Shown: positions 40,631 through 55,500 of the stretch, in pieces
Layout of the letters: each line of letters starts with the position of its first letter
Position numbering within the stretch: position 1 is the first letter of the stretch
Source: Amphiscolops sp. MND2022
Lineage: Eukaryota
Direction of reading: 5' to 3'
Assembly: GCA_964187785.1 (NCBI GenBank)
Contig: OZ076409.1
Coordinates: 9,364,001 to 9,428,000, forward strand
DNA length: 64,000 nucleotides
Made by a program: the position numbers and the translations under genes
The notes under the pieces: model-generated
Database searches by the model: none
What the model was told of the DNA's origin: nothing
The model's input: only the letters and a program-made list of their open reading frames with translations

Positions 40631-43600
40631 TTGACTTTTTATAGATGTACGAACGCCAAGTCCCAGAGGAAAACCATATATGATTGCGCAAAATGCTTCA
40701 CACGGTTTGCTTTTTTGGTCAACCACAAGCACATCAATAAGTATGGTTGTTCCACTATTGTAAAGGTGCCCAACCCAAAGAGCAGAAAGTCGTTGCCGAC
40801 CGAAATTAGAAAAGCAGCGAAGTCAAGCTTTTCGGCATCCTCGAGGATGTTGGATTTTGCTCAGCACTACATGAATTATCGGACTTTTCTAGGTGTACTG
40901 GTGAGGGTAATAAAGGGAGCCTTGAGAGGGGCATTACGAAACTGATGGCCAAGATGTTCAAAATGACGCACTCACTCAAACAGCAAGAGTTTGAGAACCA
41001 GAAGCCGCACACGAAGCTCAACTATCTGTCCGTTTTCAAGTTTTTCGTTGATTATTGCTAGCTCTCCAAACAAGGCGCGAAATTTGATGTTGAATTGGAG
41101 CGGATGAAAGCTGCTTTAACAGTTGCACGCGAGGCCTTCAGCCCAGCAACAGTTCAGAGTTCACATCAAGTGTCGGAAAAACATGTTAGCACTACTACCC
41201 AGCAATGAACACGTCAGGCAAAGGTACCGAAAAGTGCTGACAATTTTGAATAAAAATCTGCAAGACAACAAACTAAGTTACACGAAGCAACAGGCCCTCA
41301 ACTTTTTCCTCCTACAAGCTCGGGTCAATACAAGGTTGGTAAAGTTTTCATGCATTTTTGAACATGCAATATAGTCCGAATCACACCACATTCTTTTTTC
41401 ATTTTTCTACTTCTAGTTTTTTTGTTAAAACATCTCAAAACCAGAAGCCACATCACAGTGCACAGGCAAGCTTTTCGCTGCTTTTCGTGGAATCCGGGAC
41501 ACGAAAATTGAGAAAAGTCGTGGAATCCAGGACAAAATTTCTCTTTGATGTTAAGCGTTTCTTGGATTCCACGACAGTGCCTGTCCTGGATTCCACGCCA
41601 ATACTGCTGCTATAATGACACTTTTGCCGCTGCTCTTTGATTGGTCCGCTCATTTTGAATAATCATTTTATATTAATTCAATTTTATATCAAAGAAAATT
41701 GTTTTGATTGACACGAAAAATCCAAGAAGTACGAATAGAGATACTCGTGACTGGTACCAAAATTGAAGCATGTCATCAAAAAATGGCAGATTGTGATGAT
41801 CCGGCAGTTTGTTCAAAACGGTACTAAACTTGAAAATACAAAAATTTTGTGTGATATTGGTGTGATTGTCTGAATCATTTTGAATTAATATACGAAAAGT
41901 AGTGCATAATATTATGTTTGTTCAGTCTACCCACTTGAATTTAATTAAAGAAGAGATGCCGCGTATCGCGTCAAGCATAAAGTCGTGGAATCCAGGAAAT
42001 TTATGATTTTTGCAATCTGATTGGTTCATTTCGCAAAACTTACGTTTTTGTGGAATCCGGGACACCGCTGCATGCCGACAGTTCGTACAGCTAAGCATTT
42101 GTTACTGGAATCCACGACTAAATCCGTGGAATCCGGGACAAATGACGTAATTTACAAAATTTGCACGGTTAAAGCTATGGTTGTGGAATCCGAGATATTG
42201 AACGCACTATGTTGCGCTTTGAGCAAATAAGGCTTGCGTGTGCACTCTAATGCAGTTCTTTTCTACTGAATTCACTCGAAATCACATCGCGTTGTTATCT
42301 TTGTTGAAGATACTCGAAATCACATCCCGTTGTTTTTTTGAGTAATTAAAATAATGGAAAGACTAACCTGTCGACCTCTCAGCATTAGCCAGAGAAAATG
42401 TATTTTTTAAACAACCTCTTTCAAAAGACCTTCAATTGAATGGTAACAAAAATTTATTTTTCTGCCAGAAAGAAGTTTGGAAAAAAATTCTGAACGTAAG
42501 TTACGTGTTGAAAACCATGTGAGCGAAATGTAGTGACTTCCAATATATTCAAAATATGCACCGTGAGCACGCATTGTAATGTACGTACAATCTAATACAC
42601 ATTGTGATACCAGATCATTCACGATACATTACACTGTTTTACAATATGTGCTGCACGCGCTGTATAACTTGAACACTACATAGTGACGTGGCATAAACAA
42701 TCTGATAAAACCATTCACTTCTAAAGAAAATTAACACTGCGCTGAAGAGTCTCAACATGTGAAAAGGCGAAAAACTAAAATCACTTGATGAGAACCCACG
42801 TGAAAGATAAATGACATTTCTGGAACAACCTCCGAATCAAGTCCAAAAATTCTTTAACGACAAAGTCCAATGCCAAACTTTAGAAGGAATAGGGAGAACT
42901 TAAGGACTTTACAACAGGTAAGGGGGATAATTCATCAAGGGGGAGAGGGGTTAACAGAAGGGTTTATGATTTTCTTTCAATTAAAACTATCCCAAGCCCA
43001 CACCCCACAACCGGTTGTTAAAAGAAAGTTACACAAAACGGAATGATATTTTTGATAACAATCAAACAGTGAAGAAAAATCAAGAAAAATAGTTCACGGT
43101 CAAAGTCTAGGAAGGGATTAAAGTTTTGAATGCTGTCATTTTCAATGTTTTTGAAAGTTGGAATCAACTTCCCCCCACCCACGGTAGAAAGTGTTTTAAA
43201 ACAAGCGAAAACTTTTGGTTACCCCAACTCAACTGACAACTTGAAGTTTTCTAGATGGAATACTTGACACCTTGATAACTTTCCCAAACTCAAACTACTC
43301 TGGATGAAAGTTTTTTTTGCCTAGATTCAGGCCAATTCTCAACCTCAATTGGGACGAAATTGAAGAAATCGTGAGGACGGACAAACTGTTGACCACGACG
43401 AACCACCAAACGGGCAGATAATATACCATCCATATCCCTATTCAACAAGATATCATTTGTTTAAAATCACTGTGTTTAATACAAAGTCTCCTTCCTTTTT
43501 GCATGGTCTGTCAACAAGGTGGGAAAAGTTATATCTCGGGGTCTGCAAGAAATTTTCCAGGAAGTTTTTGGAGACTATCCCGAGAAAGTGCGATACAGTG

Positions 43601-43800
43601 CAAACTCGATCTATCAGTTCTGGCTGCGTCCCTCGAGCGTTATAAACAACAAAGTGAGCAATGGTATCAATAAAACTCACTTTGGTCGAACCTCTCACAG
43701 TGAGAAGACGGCCAGGGAGAAGTATTTGCAGCGAACAGCAGAGAAGAAAAAAGAACGCACGTTCTGCAAACTTACACCGAATGACTTGCAAATCGAATAA
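40631..43800 (+). pseudogene. Decayed intron-containing tyrosine recombinase (Crypton-like), preceded by a zinc-finger-like segment
   Basis: LNFFLLQARVNTR, then ag|gttggt (41335) ... cctag|a (43324), FRPILNLNWDEI...TNHQTGR (HKT-like), and YSANSIYQFW...HFGRTSHSEKTAREKY (HS..TA..Y box). Confidence 0.6.
41456..42247. mobile_element. Tc1/mariner-like MITE, copy 1
   Basis: TIRs cagtgcacaggcaagc / gcttgcgtgtgcactc; internal gtggaatcc(g/a)gga motifs; co-linear with 60244-61232. Confidence 0.75.
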
Positions 43801-46296
43801 ACCCAACGACACATCAACCACATGAGGCCACCGCAGCGACTGCGCAGCCACTGCCTCGTACGCAGCAAACGACTCTCGCACTCCACCCTCCACTTATACC
43901 TCGCACCCCGCCAAAACGAGATTCATGGAACTAACCAACGGAGTCATCGATTGGTACAGAGGTCACCAAGTTCCACAGTTCGTTGAACAACTTCAGAGTC
44001 AGGAAGGGTCTTCCTGAATGAAGCGAGGAGTCCAAAATAGCGTGCTCGGTGTTACAAATTGCTCGAAGTACTGTCTCTGAGATGGAACTAAAGAAGCGAT
44101 GTGAGCAGGCTGGCATCTCGTTGAAAGACGACGAGTACCAGAGAATCTATACGAAATTCAAACTTGCTGCTGTCGTATTCAGGAGACTGAATAAACTTTT
44201 TTCCCAACTCAAATGAATGAAGGAAATCGGGTGTTTTTTGCAGGGAGTATCATAAGTTCCAAAACAAGTCGAGTCGCTTTTAGTTGCCGCTCATTCGAAT
44301 CACTAACAAATTATTTGCACAAAAAAACTGCGCGGCCACTCATTCGCTATATCGCTAAGTAGCGGTTCCAAAACTCTGGACTATACCTTGTGTTCATCAA
44401 AACAACAGTTTCAAGTTCTTCAGTTGGTGTTGCCCTGCTTAGGGTTTTATGTTTGGCATTATGGCACCCACAGGGGGAAATGATTTTTTTCAATTTCTTT
44501 CTCATTCTTCCAGTTTTTGACTTCGGTCGTTTCCGGCTTGATTTTTTTCTTGTTGTTTAAAAACAGTTAGTGAGGAAACGATGAGTTTATCAATGAAGTT
44601 ATCGATTAGCAATCCTCTTCCACACAACTCCTTATTTACAACTCGCGAGTCTTTATCCCTCTACATGGCTGCAATCACTCAAGTCATGGATTCCGCGACT
44701 TTGCAACAAACAAACACGATCAACTATTACGGATGACTTTTGGTTTCTTCAACAGATATCCTCTGTCACCCAACTCTACATATACAACTCGTGGATCATT
44801 GAAACGAAAGATGGAACCGAAACGGAGAAAACAAGAGTCTTTGGAAGTGTCAGTCTGAAAGAAGTCATTTCAAAACTTATGAAATCAAAATTTACACTCA
44901 CGTCTAAACAACTTGCGGTTGAATAGGAATCGAACGCGATAGTAGACGAGTACGTCGAATCAAATACTAAATTAGGCAGCTTTCCAAAACGAGAAAAAAA
45001 ATTGACAGTGAAGAAATTAATTAAAAATTCACGCAAATTGGACTTGAGTGATTGAATAGTAATTGCATGCAATTATTCGATTTTTAACACAATTTGTAGT
45101 GAAGTTTTTGTGAAGACTAAATTGTCACTTGAAAAATGTATTACTCATTGTACTTTGTTCCACGTTGATTACATGTGTAACAAACGATATACCTCGACAA
45201 ACAAGCAAGCAAACGGAAACAAAAAACATCCGAAAATGAAATGGCGAAAACAACTAAAAACAGCCTTCGTTACTTTTTCAATCCTAACAGTGAGTTTTTA
45301 ACCACAGGAGACTTCAGAGAGAACGCAAAAAAAAGAAGAACTAATTATCAATAAGTTTCAGACTAGCAGTTTGTGAGAAGTTTGACTTCAAAAACGATCG
45401 AAACAATTACGATTCTCGAAAATCAAACGGGTCAAAGAACAAACAGGAACTAGATTTGTTTTAGAAGCTTTAGATATGCAAGTAAGCAAATAAATGAATT
45501 TTTGAAAGCAACACCGGAAACTATTCGGTCATGCTAACTATTAAATGAACCTGGTAATGGACGTTTCAGCAGAAGTCAGAAGTAACGTCGAAGCTAACAA
45601 ATACACTGACTTGAATAAAAGTAACCGACGGTAAATTAAACAAACAAATCACTCCGCGTTGTTTTTCATTGGCACTACTTTGACTCACGCGCAGAGGAAT
45701 AAGACAGTTGTGAAGTGAATAGAAAAATCTGAAATGTTCCAGAATTTAGAATTGAAGACCAATAGAAATCGATTTTCAGTTTGACTGTTGTCCTATAACT
45801 ATTAAGACGAGTCATATTTCCTCTGTAGACTTTGTGATAATTCAGTTAAATCCTAAAACGCACTTCTACAGTACTCAGTGTAAAAAGTGCAAAGTGAAAC
45901 AGTGAAAAGAGACAACTCTCCTGTTTGAAAGAAACTATCGACTAACTGTCATTGTTTCATTATTCCCCCTTCATTCAAATTGCTCAATTAAGTTTTAATC
46001 ATCCAACAGTAATTGTCACTATTTCATCAATTCCTCGTCATTCAAAATGTTCAATTTGGTTTTGATCAAACTACAGAACTGGCAATCAGTTCAATGGTAC
46101 TACAATCGACATGAAGCGTCATGCCACGGTACGCTTTATTATATTTGAATTAGGATTTCGATAAGGATTCAGATTAAAGAGTAAATTATCAACAACCCAA
46201 TTTTATTTTCCAAAGAAAGAAGTAATTGATGTTTTTAGTTTATAAAGCATGTAAACTAATTTGGTTTAAAGAGACTTGTTTCTTTTGTTTATTTCA

Positions 46297-46535
46297 TTGT
46301 GAATACTCGAAGTCACAGCGCGTTGTTATTTCATTGCGAATACTCGAATTCACAACCCGTTGTTAGTTCGTGGAATGTTCTAGAAATCATATACCGTTGT
46401 TTTTTGTTGGACTTTCTCGAAATCGTATCCGGTTGTTTGTTCGTTGAAATTACTCGAAATCATATCCCATTGATTTTTCGTTGAAATTACTCGAAATCAC
46501 TTCCCGTTTTTTTGTTGAAATTACTCGTAATCACA
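46297..46535. repeat. Minisatellite, ~36-nt unit, about 6.5 copies (related units at ~42268-42336)
   Basis: ttgaaattactcgaaatcatatcccgttgttttt-like units. Confidence 0.8.
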
Positions 46536-48717
46536 ATTTAAAGTAATACCTCAAATTGACAGTAATATGTATGAAATCGAAGTCGAAAAAATCTCTTTTC
46601 CGTTTTCACTACAAAAAGAGCAAACTTTGCAGAAATTTTTCAAAACTGTTAGGTCATTGGTACATCCTGGTCAAAAATTAGGACTACCAGAGAGCTTTTA
46701 CTTATATTCTCAAATGCTGTGTGAGATATTGGTGCGGTTCCCCTTCCCGTGATACCCAGTTCTTATTAGTTGAAAACTTGAGAACTTCAAACGTGACTTC
46801 AATGCTTTTTCGAGAACCCAGGGAAGCTCCCAGGCTTCTTTTGAACCCTTGAACTAGCATCGTTGGCATTTCTTGACACTGAATACCAAACCTCATATCC
46901 ATTGGTCTCGTGCTACATTCAAACTTTGCCAAAAACTAGTACCTATAAAGATACCAAATATGGGCAAGAAATTCGATTTTTTTCTTAAACTGTCACCTTA
47001 ATTAAAAAACAAAATCAAATAAAGACCTAGAGCCTGTACTCACACCCATTGTTTGATCGTTCGACGTCAAAAAAAATACCAAAAAGAGTGAAAGTATACA
47101 CCTAAGAGTACCCAAGATACAACACTTTCGAAAAAAAACAAATACCTGTACAAGTAATTTTGCTTAAATCCCCGTTCGTTGTCGTAAACTACTTCCTATC
47201 ACAAATTGTTTGGCCAATTTTTAGCAGCTTCTGACGTTTTAGTGAACTTTTCGAGCCACTTAAGCGTTTTAATACAAAACTTGAAGACAACGTTTTTGTG
47301 GGAAAAAAAAACAAAAAACGTCTGAAAGCGCTCGTGTGCTCCCACTAGCAGCCCTAACGACCGCAGGTGGTTTTTTGGCAGTCCTACGAATTGATAAAAA
47401 AACGTTCTGGGTAAGTTTCGTGGCGCTACAACCGCCATTTAAACTTTCGACTTTTTCAAAACGTGCTTAGAAGTCAATGTTCACGAATAAAACGAAAAAT
47501 GTGGAATGTCATCATTAGGCTAAGCAATTGGGGCGCATCAGAGCACGTCTCATCATCGCAGGGGGAAGGGGAGTGCAAGCCAAGCCCGACACGGAAGCAA
47601 ATCCAACAGGGAGACAAAACAATATCGGTGTAACTTCTGATGTCACCTCAGACCCCTGTGAGGAAGATTGGTCTGCTGAAGACAATTCATTAGTTGCATC
47701 TAATTTTTCTTACCTGATGTCTCACAACGTATTAGAGGACTATCAGTCCAAGGATGCCAGGAGAGCAACCAGAGCAACTGAAGAGACGTCTGACGATTCA
47801 GATAGCAGAGCACATCTGGCACAATGGCTGAAGGAACTTCTTCGAAACCTAACTCCCTCATCTAACGTCATTAACCCAAGACCGACCATGGTGCAATCCC
47901 GATAGAACTCAATATGAGAGAGGAACCGTGTGCTCTAAAATGCAGGACATAACCAGCATGGTGAGCGTTGACACGGCGGACATACCACCACAAATGTCAT
48001 ATTCCGGTGGAAATGTTTATGCCCGCAGCCGCCTACAAGAAGCTACGGCTTGTAGACTTTTGAGCAAGGGCAACAAAAATCAAACCACTCGTGGTTCTGG
48101 CCCAAACAGCAACTGCTGGACCACATGACGCGTCAAGATCTACCTCATTTGAAAGTAACTAGAGCATCTTCCGATAGGTTTTTGGCAAACTGAGCAGTGC
48201 ATGAAGCTGCTGTTGCACCGGGCGTGACGTGTGACGTAAAACCTTGTTGGAGGCAGAAACAGACGCGAGACAGGCTATAACCAGACTGGTCGAAAGCAAA
48301 GCCGAGTGCATCCGAGAACATCACTCGATTACCCCGGAAACACAACTGGTCCGAGGAGAGATGCGTAAAACATTTGTACGAATTATGCAGAATCAAGAAG
48401 GCCAAGTGGCTAAAATGGATGAAATGGGTTACAGAATTGCTGAGATCACGGATACTTCAGCACAACGTGAGTAAAAAATAGAAACGCAAAAGCACGAGAG
48501 TTGGATACAAATTCCGGCCATGAACACACCATAGCGAAAAACGAAACACATGGCTGAACTTTCGATGCGCACCTTGAATGATCTACTGAAGAACACTCCC
48601 AAAAAGGAAAGGAAGTTCAACAAAACCACCAGTTCAAATGGACTCGACGCATGTAACCAAACAACCCTCAGCGTTGGGTGTACTCATCGCACCCATAGCG
48701 AAGAAGGAAATGCCTTC

Positions 48718-51700
48718 CAACTCCTCACAAGATACACCGGGATCAGCCCAATGTCCATGGAGACATCCAGTATTGGAATAAAAAGCCTACGAAACCCAAC
48801 TCGCACTGACGCCACAACTGAAATGAGGCAACATTGCTGTCTGCGAGGGCAACTGTTGGAGAGACAACATGAGCATTTCAAAGAGCGGACGCAGGCTTGC
48901 CCACGGGCATACCTGTTGCCAGCAGGACGCGAAAGAAGTAGATCGAGGATGTAGACGTCACTAATACCTCAACCATATCTTCCCGAGGCAGCAGTCTCAA
49001 ATCGCACCTCTTTGCAAAAAAAGGACATTATCACCCGGGTAGCTTCGATTCACCGATGCAATCTCCAAAGCGTTGTCGAAGGAGCTGGCACCCTTGGTCG
49101 CCAACCGCGACCAAACCCGCACCCGACCAACTATCTAGAAAGGTATCAAGGATGGATCAAGGGACGATTGGTTGCCCTTAATGGGACGCTTTCTGGAACG
49201 AGTACATGCCAAATAAACAGCGATTGGACGAAGATGGGCAATACTTGATCATCCGGAAAGCGAAGCCAGAAACTGTATAGTCGCCAAATCTGAACCCGAC
49301 CCAAATGAAGCAGAAAAAATTTTCCCTACTCGTCAGCTGATTCTGAACGGGCGGCAATCGCATGCAGGTGTGATGAACCTTCATGGCACGCACGCTGCGA
49401 GAAAAAAGATATAATACCTGGAGGCCTTGAAAGGTCTGAGAACCCAACGGTTTTCAGATGAGCCCATCTTCAGTACATGTTCGAAATCCTTCAACGATTT
49501 TTCGATGGAGTTCAGGATGTCAGGTTAAGGCAAGAGCTAGCAGTGGTATACTCCTCCGAAACCTGACTAAAGGAACCCCCTACCGTAGAATCTCTCAGAT
49601 TCACTACTCGTCTGCTTCAGCGACCAACTAACACCAAGCTGCCTTACGATCCTAAAAACAAGATCCTAGATACAAGAGGGCACGACCTCATCCATTTCTA
49701 CCGGGAAAACTAGTACAACCAGTACCAGCATTCCACACGGGACAATGGCCCAAGCCCCCGGATCACCGAACGTCAAGCGAGCGTTAACACAAGACAGCGC
49801 GCCTTCTGCCAAACCAACACCCGTGCCAATGCAACTCATGAGGGCACCTCAAGGAGATTGTTTTGAATGTGGACAATCATTTCTACGAGGCCCCACACGC
49901 CAAGAAACAAGCCGCTCAAAAAAATGTAGCTGCATCGGATGAACAAGTCAACATATGCGAAGCACGGGAGACGATAGCGTCAGCCCATGGCTGCGTCATG
50001 TGGAATAACGGAACACGCTGCGTCCCAAAGTCAAATTGTGTCAATGCGAATTTGTTACGAATCGCGGAAAAAACACACGTCACCACGCCTTTAGTTGTGA
50101 TCTGTGGGAAGAATCCAATGCAAACGAATCCCAAGCAAACTACTTTTGACCCAACAGGGAGAACTGTAATGTCCACCTGACTAGCTTTAGTAGCCGAAAC
50201 GGAACATCGCCCAGAATTGTCGTTGGAGTCCTCGATGGAAGAGCCAACCAATGGTCCGAACCTGCAACAACTCTTTCTGCCACAACCCGTGGAACGGCAA
50301 ATGAAAAGGACCACTTCCACACACAGCGCCTTCTCCGCGGTCTCTGTTCAGGCTAACATAGACGGAGTTGACATGAAGTTTGACGCAACCGTAATAACCG
50401 ACGCAATTCTTCCAGGTATATGTCTCGGCACCCGAAACTCCGTTGCTGCAACATTATAACAATCAAGAACGAACTGGTGAAGTCCGCATGAATGATCTTG
50501 CGTCGTTCGTGTTATCTTTCACAAAGCCAATCGCATCGACACAACCCTTGAAGAACTAGTTGACACCGGTTCAGGGGTATCCATCTTAACTTTCTCAGTC
50601 AGTACAATAGATTGGCAGTACAAACAGGCACCATATTCACAACTCCTCACAAGATACACCGGGATCAGCCCAATGTCCATGGAGACATCCAGTATTGGAA
50701 TAAAAAGCCTACGAAATCCAACTCGCACTGACGCCACAACTGAAATGAGGCAACATTGCTGTCTGCGAGGGCAACTGTTGGAGAGACAACATGAGCATTT
50801 CAAAGAGCGGACGCAGGCTTGCCCACGGGCATACCTGTTGCCAGCAGGACGCGAAAGAAGTAGATCAAGGATGTAGACGTCACTAATACCTCAACCATAT
50901 CATCCCGAGGCAGCAGTCTCAAATCGCACCTCTTTGCAAAAAAAGGACATTATCACCCGGGTAGCTTCGATTCAACGATGCAATCTCCAAAGCGTTGTCG
51001 AAGGAGCTGGCACCCTTGGTCGCCAACCGCGACCAAACCCGCACCCGACCAACTATCTAGAAAGGTATCAAGGATGGATCAAGGGACGATTGGTTGCCCT
51101 TAATGGGACGCATTCTGGAACGAGTACATGCCAAATAAACAGCGATTGGACGAAGATGGGCGTTACTTGATCATCCGGAAAGCGAAGCCAGAAACTGTAT
51201 AGTCGCCAAATCTGAACCCGACCCAAATGAAGCAGAAAAAATTTTCCCTACTCGTCAGCTGATTCTGAACGGGCGGCAATCGCATGCAGGTGTGATGAAC
51301 CTTCATGGCACGCACGCTGCGAGAAAAAAAGATATAATACCTGGAGGCCTTGAAAGGTCTGAGAACCCAACGGTTTTCAGATGGGCCCATCTTCAGTACA
51401 TGTTACGAAATCCTTCAACGATTTTTCGATGGAGTTCAGGATGTCAGGTTAAGGCAAGAGCTAGCAGTGGTATACTCCTCCGAAACCTGACTAAAGGAAC
51501 CCCCTAGATTCACTACTCGTCTGCTTCAGCGACCAACTAACACCAAGCTGCTTACGATCCTAATTACAAGATCCTAGATACAAGAGGGCACGACCTCATC
51601 CTTTGCTACCGGGAAAACTAGTACAACCAGTACCAGCATTCCACACGGGACAATGGCCCAAGCCCCCGCATCACCGAACGTCAAGCGAGCGTTAACACAA

Positions 51701-52550
51701 GACAGCGCGCCTTCTGCCAAACCAACACCCGTGCCAATGCAACTCACGAGGGCACCTCAAGGAGTTTGTTTTGAATGTGGACAATCATTTCTACGAGGCC
51801 CCACACGCCAAGAAACAAGCCGCTCAAAAAAATGTAGCTGCATCGGATGAACAAGTCAACATATGCGAAGCACGGGAGACAATAGCGTCAGCCCATGGCT
51901 GCGTCATGTGGAATAACCGAACACGCTGCGTCCCAAAGTCAAATTGTGTCAATGCGAATTTGTTACGAATCGCGGAACAAACACACGTCACCACGCCTTT
52001 AGTTGTGATCTGTGGGAAGAATCAAATGCAAACGAATCCCAAGCCAACTACTTTTGACCCAACAGGGAGAACTGTAATGTCCACCTGACTAGCTTTAGTA
52101 GCCGAAACGGAGCATCGCCCAGAATTGTCGTTGGAGTCCTCGATGGAAGAGCCAACCAATGGTCCGAACCTGCAACAACTCTTTCTGCCACAACCCGTGG
52201 AATGGCAAATGAAAAGGACCACTTCCACACACAGCGCCTTCTCCGCGGTCTCTGCTCAGGCTAACATAGACGGAGTTGACATGAAGTTTGACGCAACCGT
52301 AATAACCGACGCAGTTCTTCCAGGTATATGTCTCGGCACCCGAAACTCCGTTGCTGCAACATTATAACAATCAAGAACGAACTGGTGAAGTCCGCATGAA
52401 TGATCTTGCGTCGTTCGTGTTATCTTTCACAAAGCCAATCGCATCGACACAACCCTTGAAAGAACTAGTTGACACCGGTTCAGGGGTATCCATCTTAACT
52501 TTCTCAGCCAATACAATAGATTGGCAGTACAAACAGGCACCATATTCACA
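48718..52550 (+). repeat. Tandem duplication of ~1.92 kb (48718-50639 and 50640-~52550)
   Basis: Near-identical sequence and ORF tracks, with a few substitutions and small indels. Confidence 0.95.
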
Positions 52551-55500
52551 CCATACGTTGTCGATCTGAATTCAGCGACTGACAAAACCATCAAGACCTT
52601 TGAAATGACAGAGGGTATGAAGTTTCAACTGGGTGGGCACGAACTGGAGACAAACGTGGTCATTGTTGACGACGCATTGGGAGTTGAACACTTCCTGCTA
52701 GGAAAGAACTTGACCTGACCGCCATGAAAGTTGACCTGAGAGCCGCCCCGATCGAACCAGTGTGATATCATGCACACGCGCATGTAAGTAACGAAACGTT
52801 GAGTGCGCCCGTTACACTGGCACAAGACGTATTCCCACAAGCTATCGAACGTAACGGACTGACCAAACGCGAAACAAAAAACACGGATCCGGCGCTACTG
52901 GCCCTAATTCCTGGGCATGAGGCACTGCTAAGTGAAGTTCAAAATTTATGGGGAACCACCGCGCGCATCATACTTGACAAATTTTGAATGAATTTGCTGA
53001 TCTCTTTTTGAAACTCAAAGATAACATCGGTGACTGTGAAATCGCTAAACATCCGGTGAAGGTAGAGCTTACGGGTATAACACACCGTGAGGGTGTACAG
53101 AGGATGTCGCCGGAAAAAAACAGAACGCGCGCCAACAAAGAAGTCCGCAACATCCTTGCTTTGGGCATGATACAGTCATCACTATAATTATTGTCGAGCG
53201 GCATTTTGATGGTAAAGACGAAAAGTGTTTGCATTTCGGCTGCGATTCCCGCCCCCTCAACGAAGTAACGATCAAAGATGCATATCCCCTACCGCGTATC
53301 GAAAAGAGCTTGTCACGCTTGGGAAGAGCCAAGATCTGCACCAGCATTGACTAGCGTTGGCCTTTTGGCAAATACCAGTGCGAAAGGCAGATTGCCACGA
53401 ATTAGAGTTCGCCTGCGAACTCGGACTAATAGAATGGCGGCGCATGCTTTTTGGACTGTGCAATAATTCAGCGACGTTTTAAAGGTCCATAGCGCGCGCA
53501 ATGCGAAAGAAGTATTGTCATGGCTTACATAGACGACTTCGTGCTTGCAACCGAGACCGTGAGAGATCACTTGGAAGACTTCGTGAGAGGCATGGATCTA
53601 CAGAGGCAGGGTTTGAATGAGAGTATCAAAGTGTAACTTTATGCAATCTGAAATCAAATACCTCGACAGAGTGGTCTCAACAGAATGAATTAAACCAGAA
53701 CCCATGGCAGTTGCCGAATTTTGCAACTGGGATAATCTCAGAAACAAAACCGGAATGCCAACTATTAGCGTGACTTTATTTCTTTGCACGCGAAACTAGT
53801 TCCCCACTCCATACACTCACTGGCGTCAACGCACTTTTTTGTGGGAGGCAGCAACAGCAAGCCTTCAACAACATCAAAGTCGCGTTAATAAAGGCCACGG
53901 TCTCAACTCAACGTGACTCAGAAGGGAGTTCGTGGTGAACCCGGAGACAAGCGGAGCAGCCATTCTAAATATTCTTCACCAGTGGCAAAACCCCCGACAA
54001 CAGGAAGCTGCGTCCTATAGTGTTTCGAAGGAAGAAACTGACAACCACGCAAGCAAAGTACGGTGTTCCGAATCTCTAAATTTATGCCACGTAAAACTTC
54101 ATGTTGAAATACCACAATTATCTGTGCCCCCAAAATAACGTTGATAGTAGACAATCAAGCCTTGTTTTGGCTGAACACGGACTCGACGGACCAAGAAATC
54201 ATCGGACGTAGGATAAGGGTTTTACAACCCCAATCAGGGAGAAACAGTGACTGCATCAAATCGGTTGTAGCCTTTTAAGGCTTTTTCAACTGCATTATGG
54301 TTCATGCTGTTCAAGTATTGATGAAAGTAGAGTGGAATATTTTTCTGGATTCTTGCACTAAGCCGGGCCTCAGAAAAAAATCGTTTCAAAAATGCAAAAC
54401 TGAACATCGCTCACGAACACAGCGTCGCAATGCAACGACTACTCGAAACGTGTAACACCATTGGGTCTACCACCAGCCATAGGGACAATTGGAACTTCTT
54501 GTCGCAAGAAGATTTTGATTAAATTCCTATATCTCCGTGGTTCGATGTCTATTGAAAAGTAATTTCATATCACGCTCAACTGCCTCAACACTTAAAGATA
54601 ACGGATGACCCCATACAAGCCAGCATTCAAATTTACTGACAAACAAAGCGCAGCAAAAAAGGAGAAAGCCGAGAAAAAGTTCTACGGTCTACCCTGCCGC
54701 CTCCACTGGCGCCCAATTTTGGGAAACACAATGACCGTTAAACTGATTACCCAGAAGATTTGATCAACATTACTGAAGAATGCAGAGATGACTGACTACC
54801 TGCTACCCTCACATATAACAAACGTTTTTGCTAGAACTTCTCACGCCCTCAGCGGTGAAAGCAAATTAACCTCCCAAACTTCCAAATAGCACTCAAACAT
54901 ATTAAACAAGTGACTTATTCAATGAACACCATATCACTGGAACTTAATGAGCACACCAAAAAAGTCCCTGGAATTAGGACTTTACTGCTGGCGCAAAATC
55001 GAGATGTACACGTCCTAGAAATAATCAAAAAGCTGATAGCGAAAGAACCATACGACAAGGAATATTTCTTTGAGAACGTACGCGTTTTCGCACAGAACTT
55101 CAAACAGGAAAAAGACCTTCCGCCGTCGGAATAGTGTGTGTAATGTACCGCTTCAGGCAACAGCGCTTGCACGAACACTCTTACATGATCATAGTGGATC
55201 AGTTGTACCAACACAAAATACTATTCAAAGCACAAAACGCAGTGGGTCATCAGGGTATCGCCAATATTTTAGCGAGAATACAAGAGCGCTGTACATAGCT
55301 AAGCGTTCGCAAAAGAGTTGGCCAATACGTTAGCCAAGCCTGACATGCCAACAAGTCCTCGATAACATCGGAGACGTCTACTTTCGCCTGAAGAATATCC
55401 AAAGTAGATACTTGAATGAACTGGTACAATACGACTACTTAAAGATCTGCGTCTCAGATAACACGAACACCTGCATCTTAGTGATAGTAGACAACTTTTC

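Noticed and set aside
44700..46250. Possible retroelement tail and LTR
   Set aside because: No diagnostic motif or partner repeat recognised
46297..46535. ~36-nt repeats as a CRISPR-like array
   Set aside because: Units are head-to-tail and degenerate with no unique spacers; eukaryotic context and no cas genes
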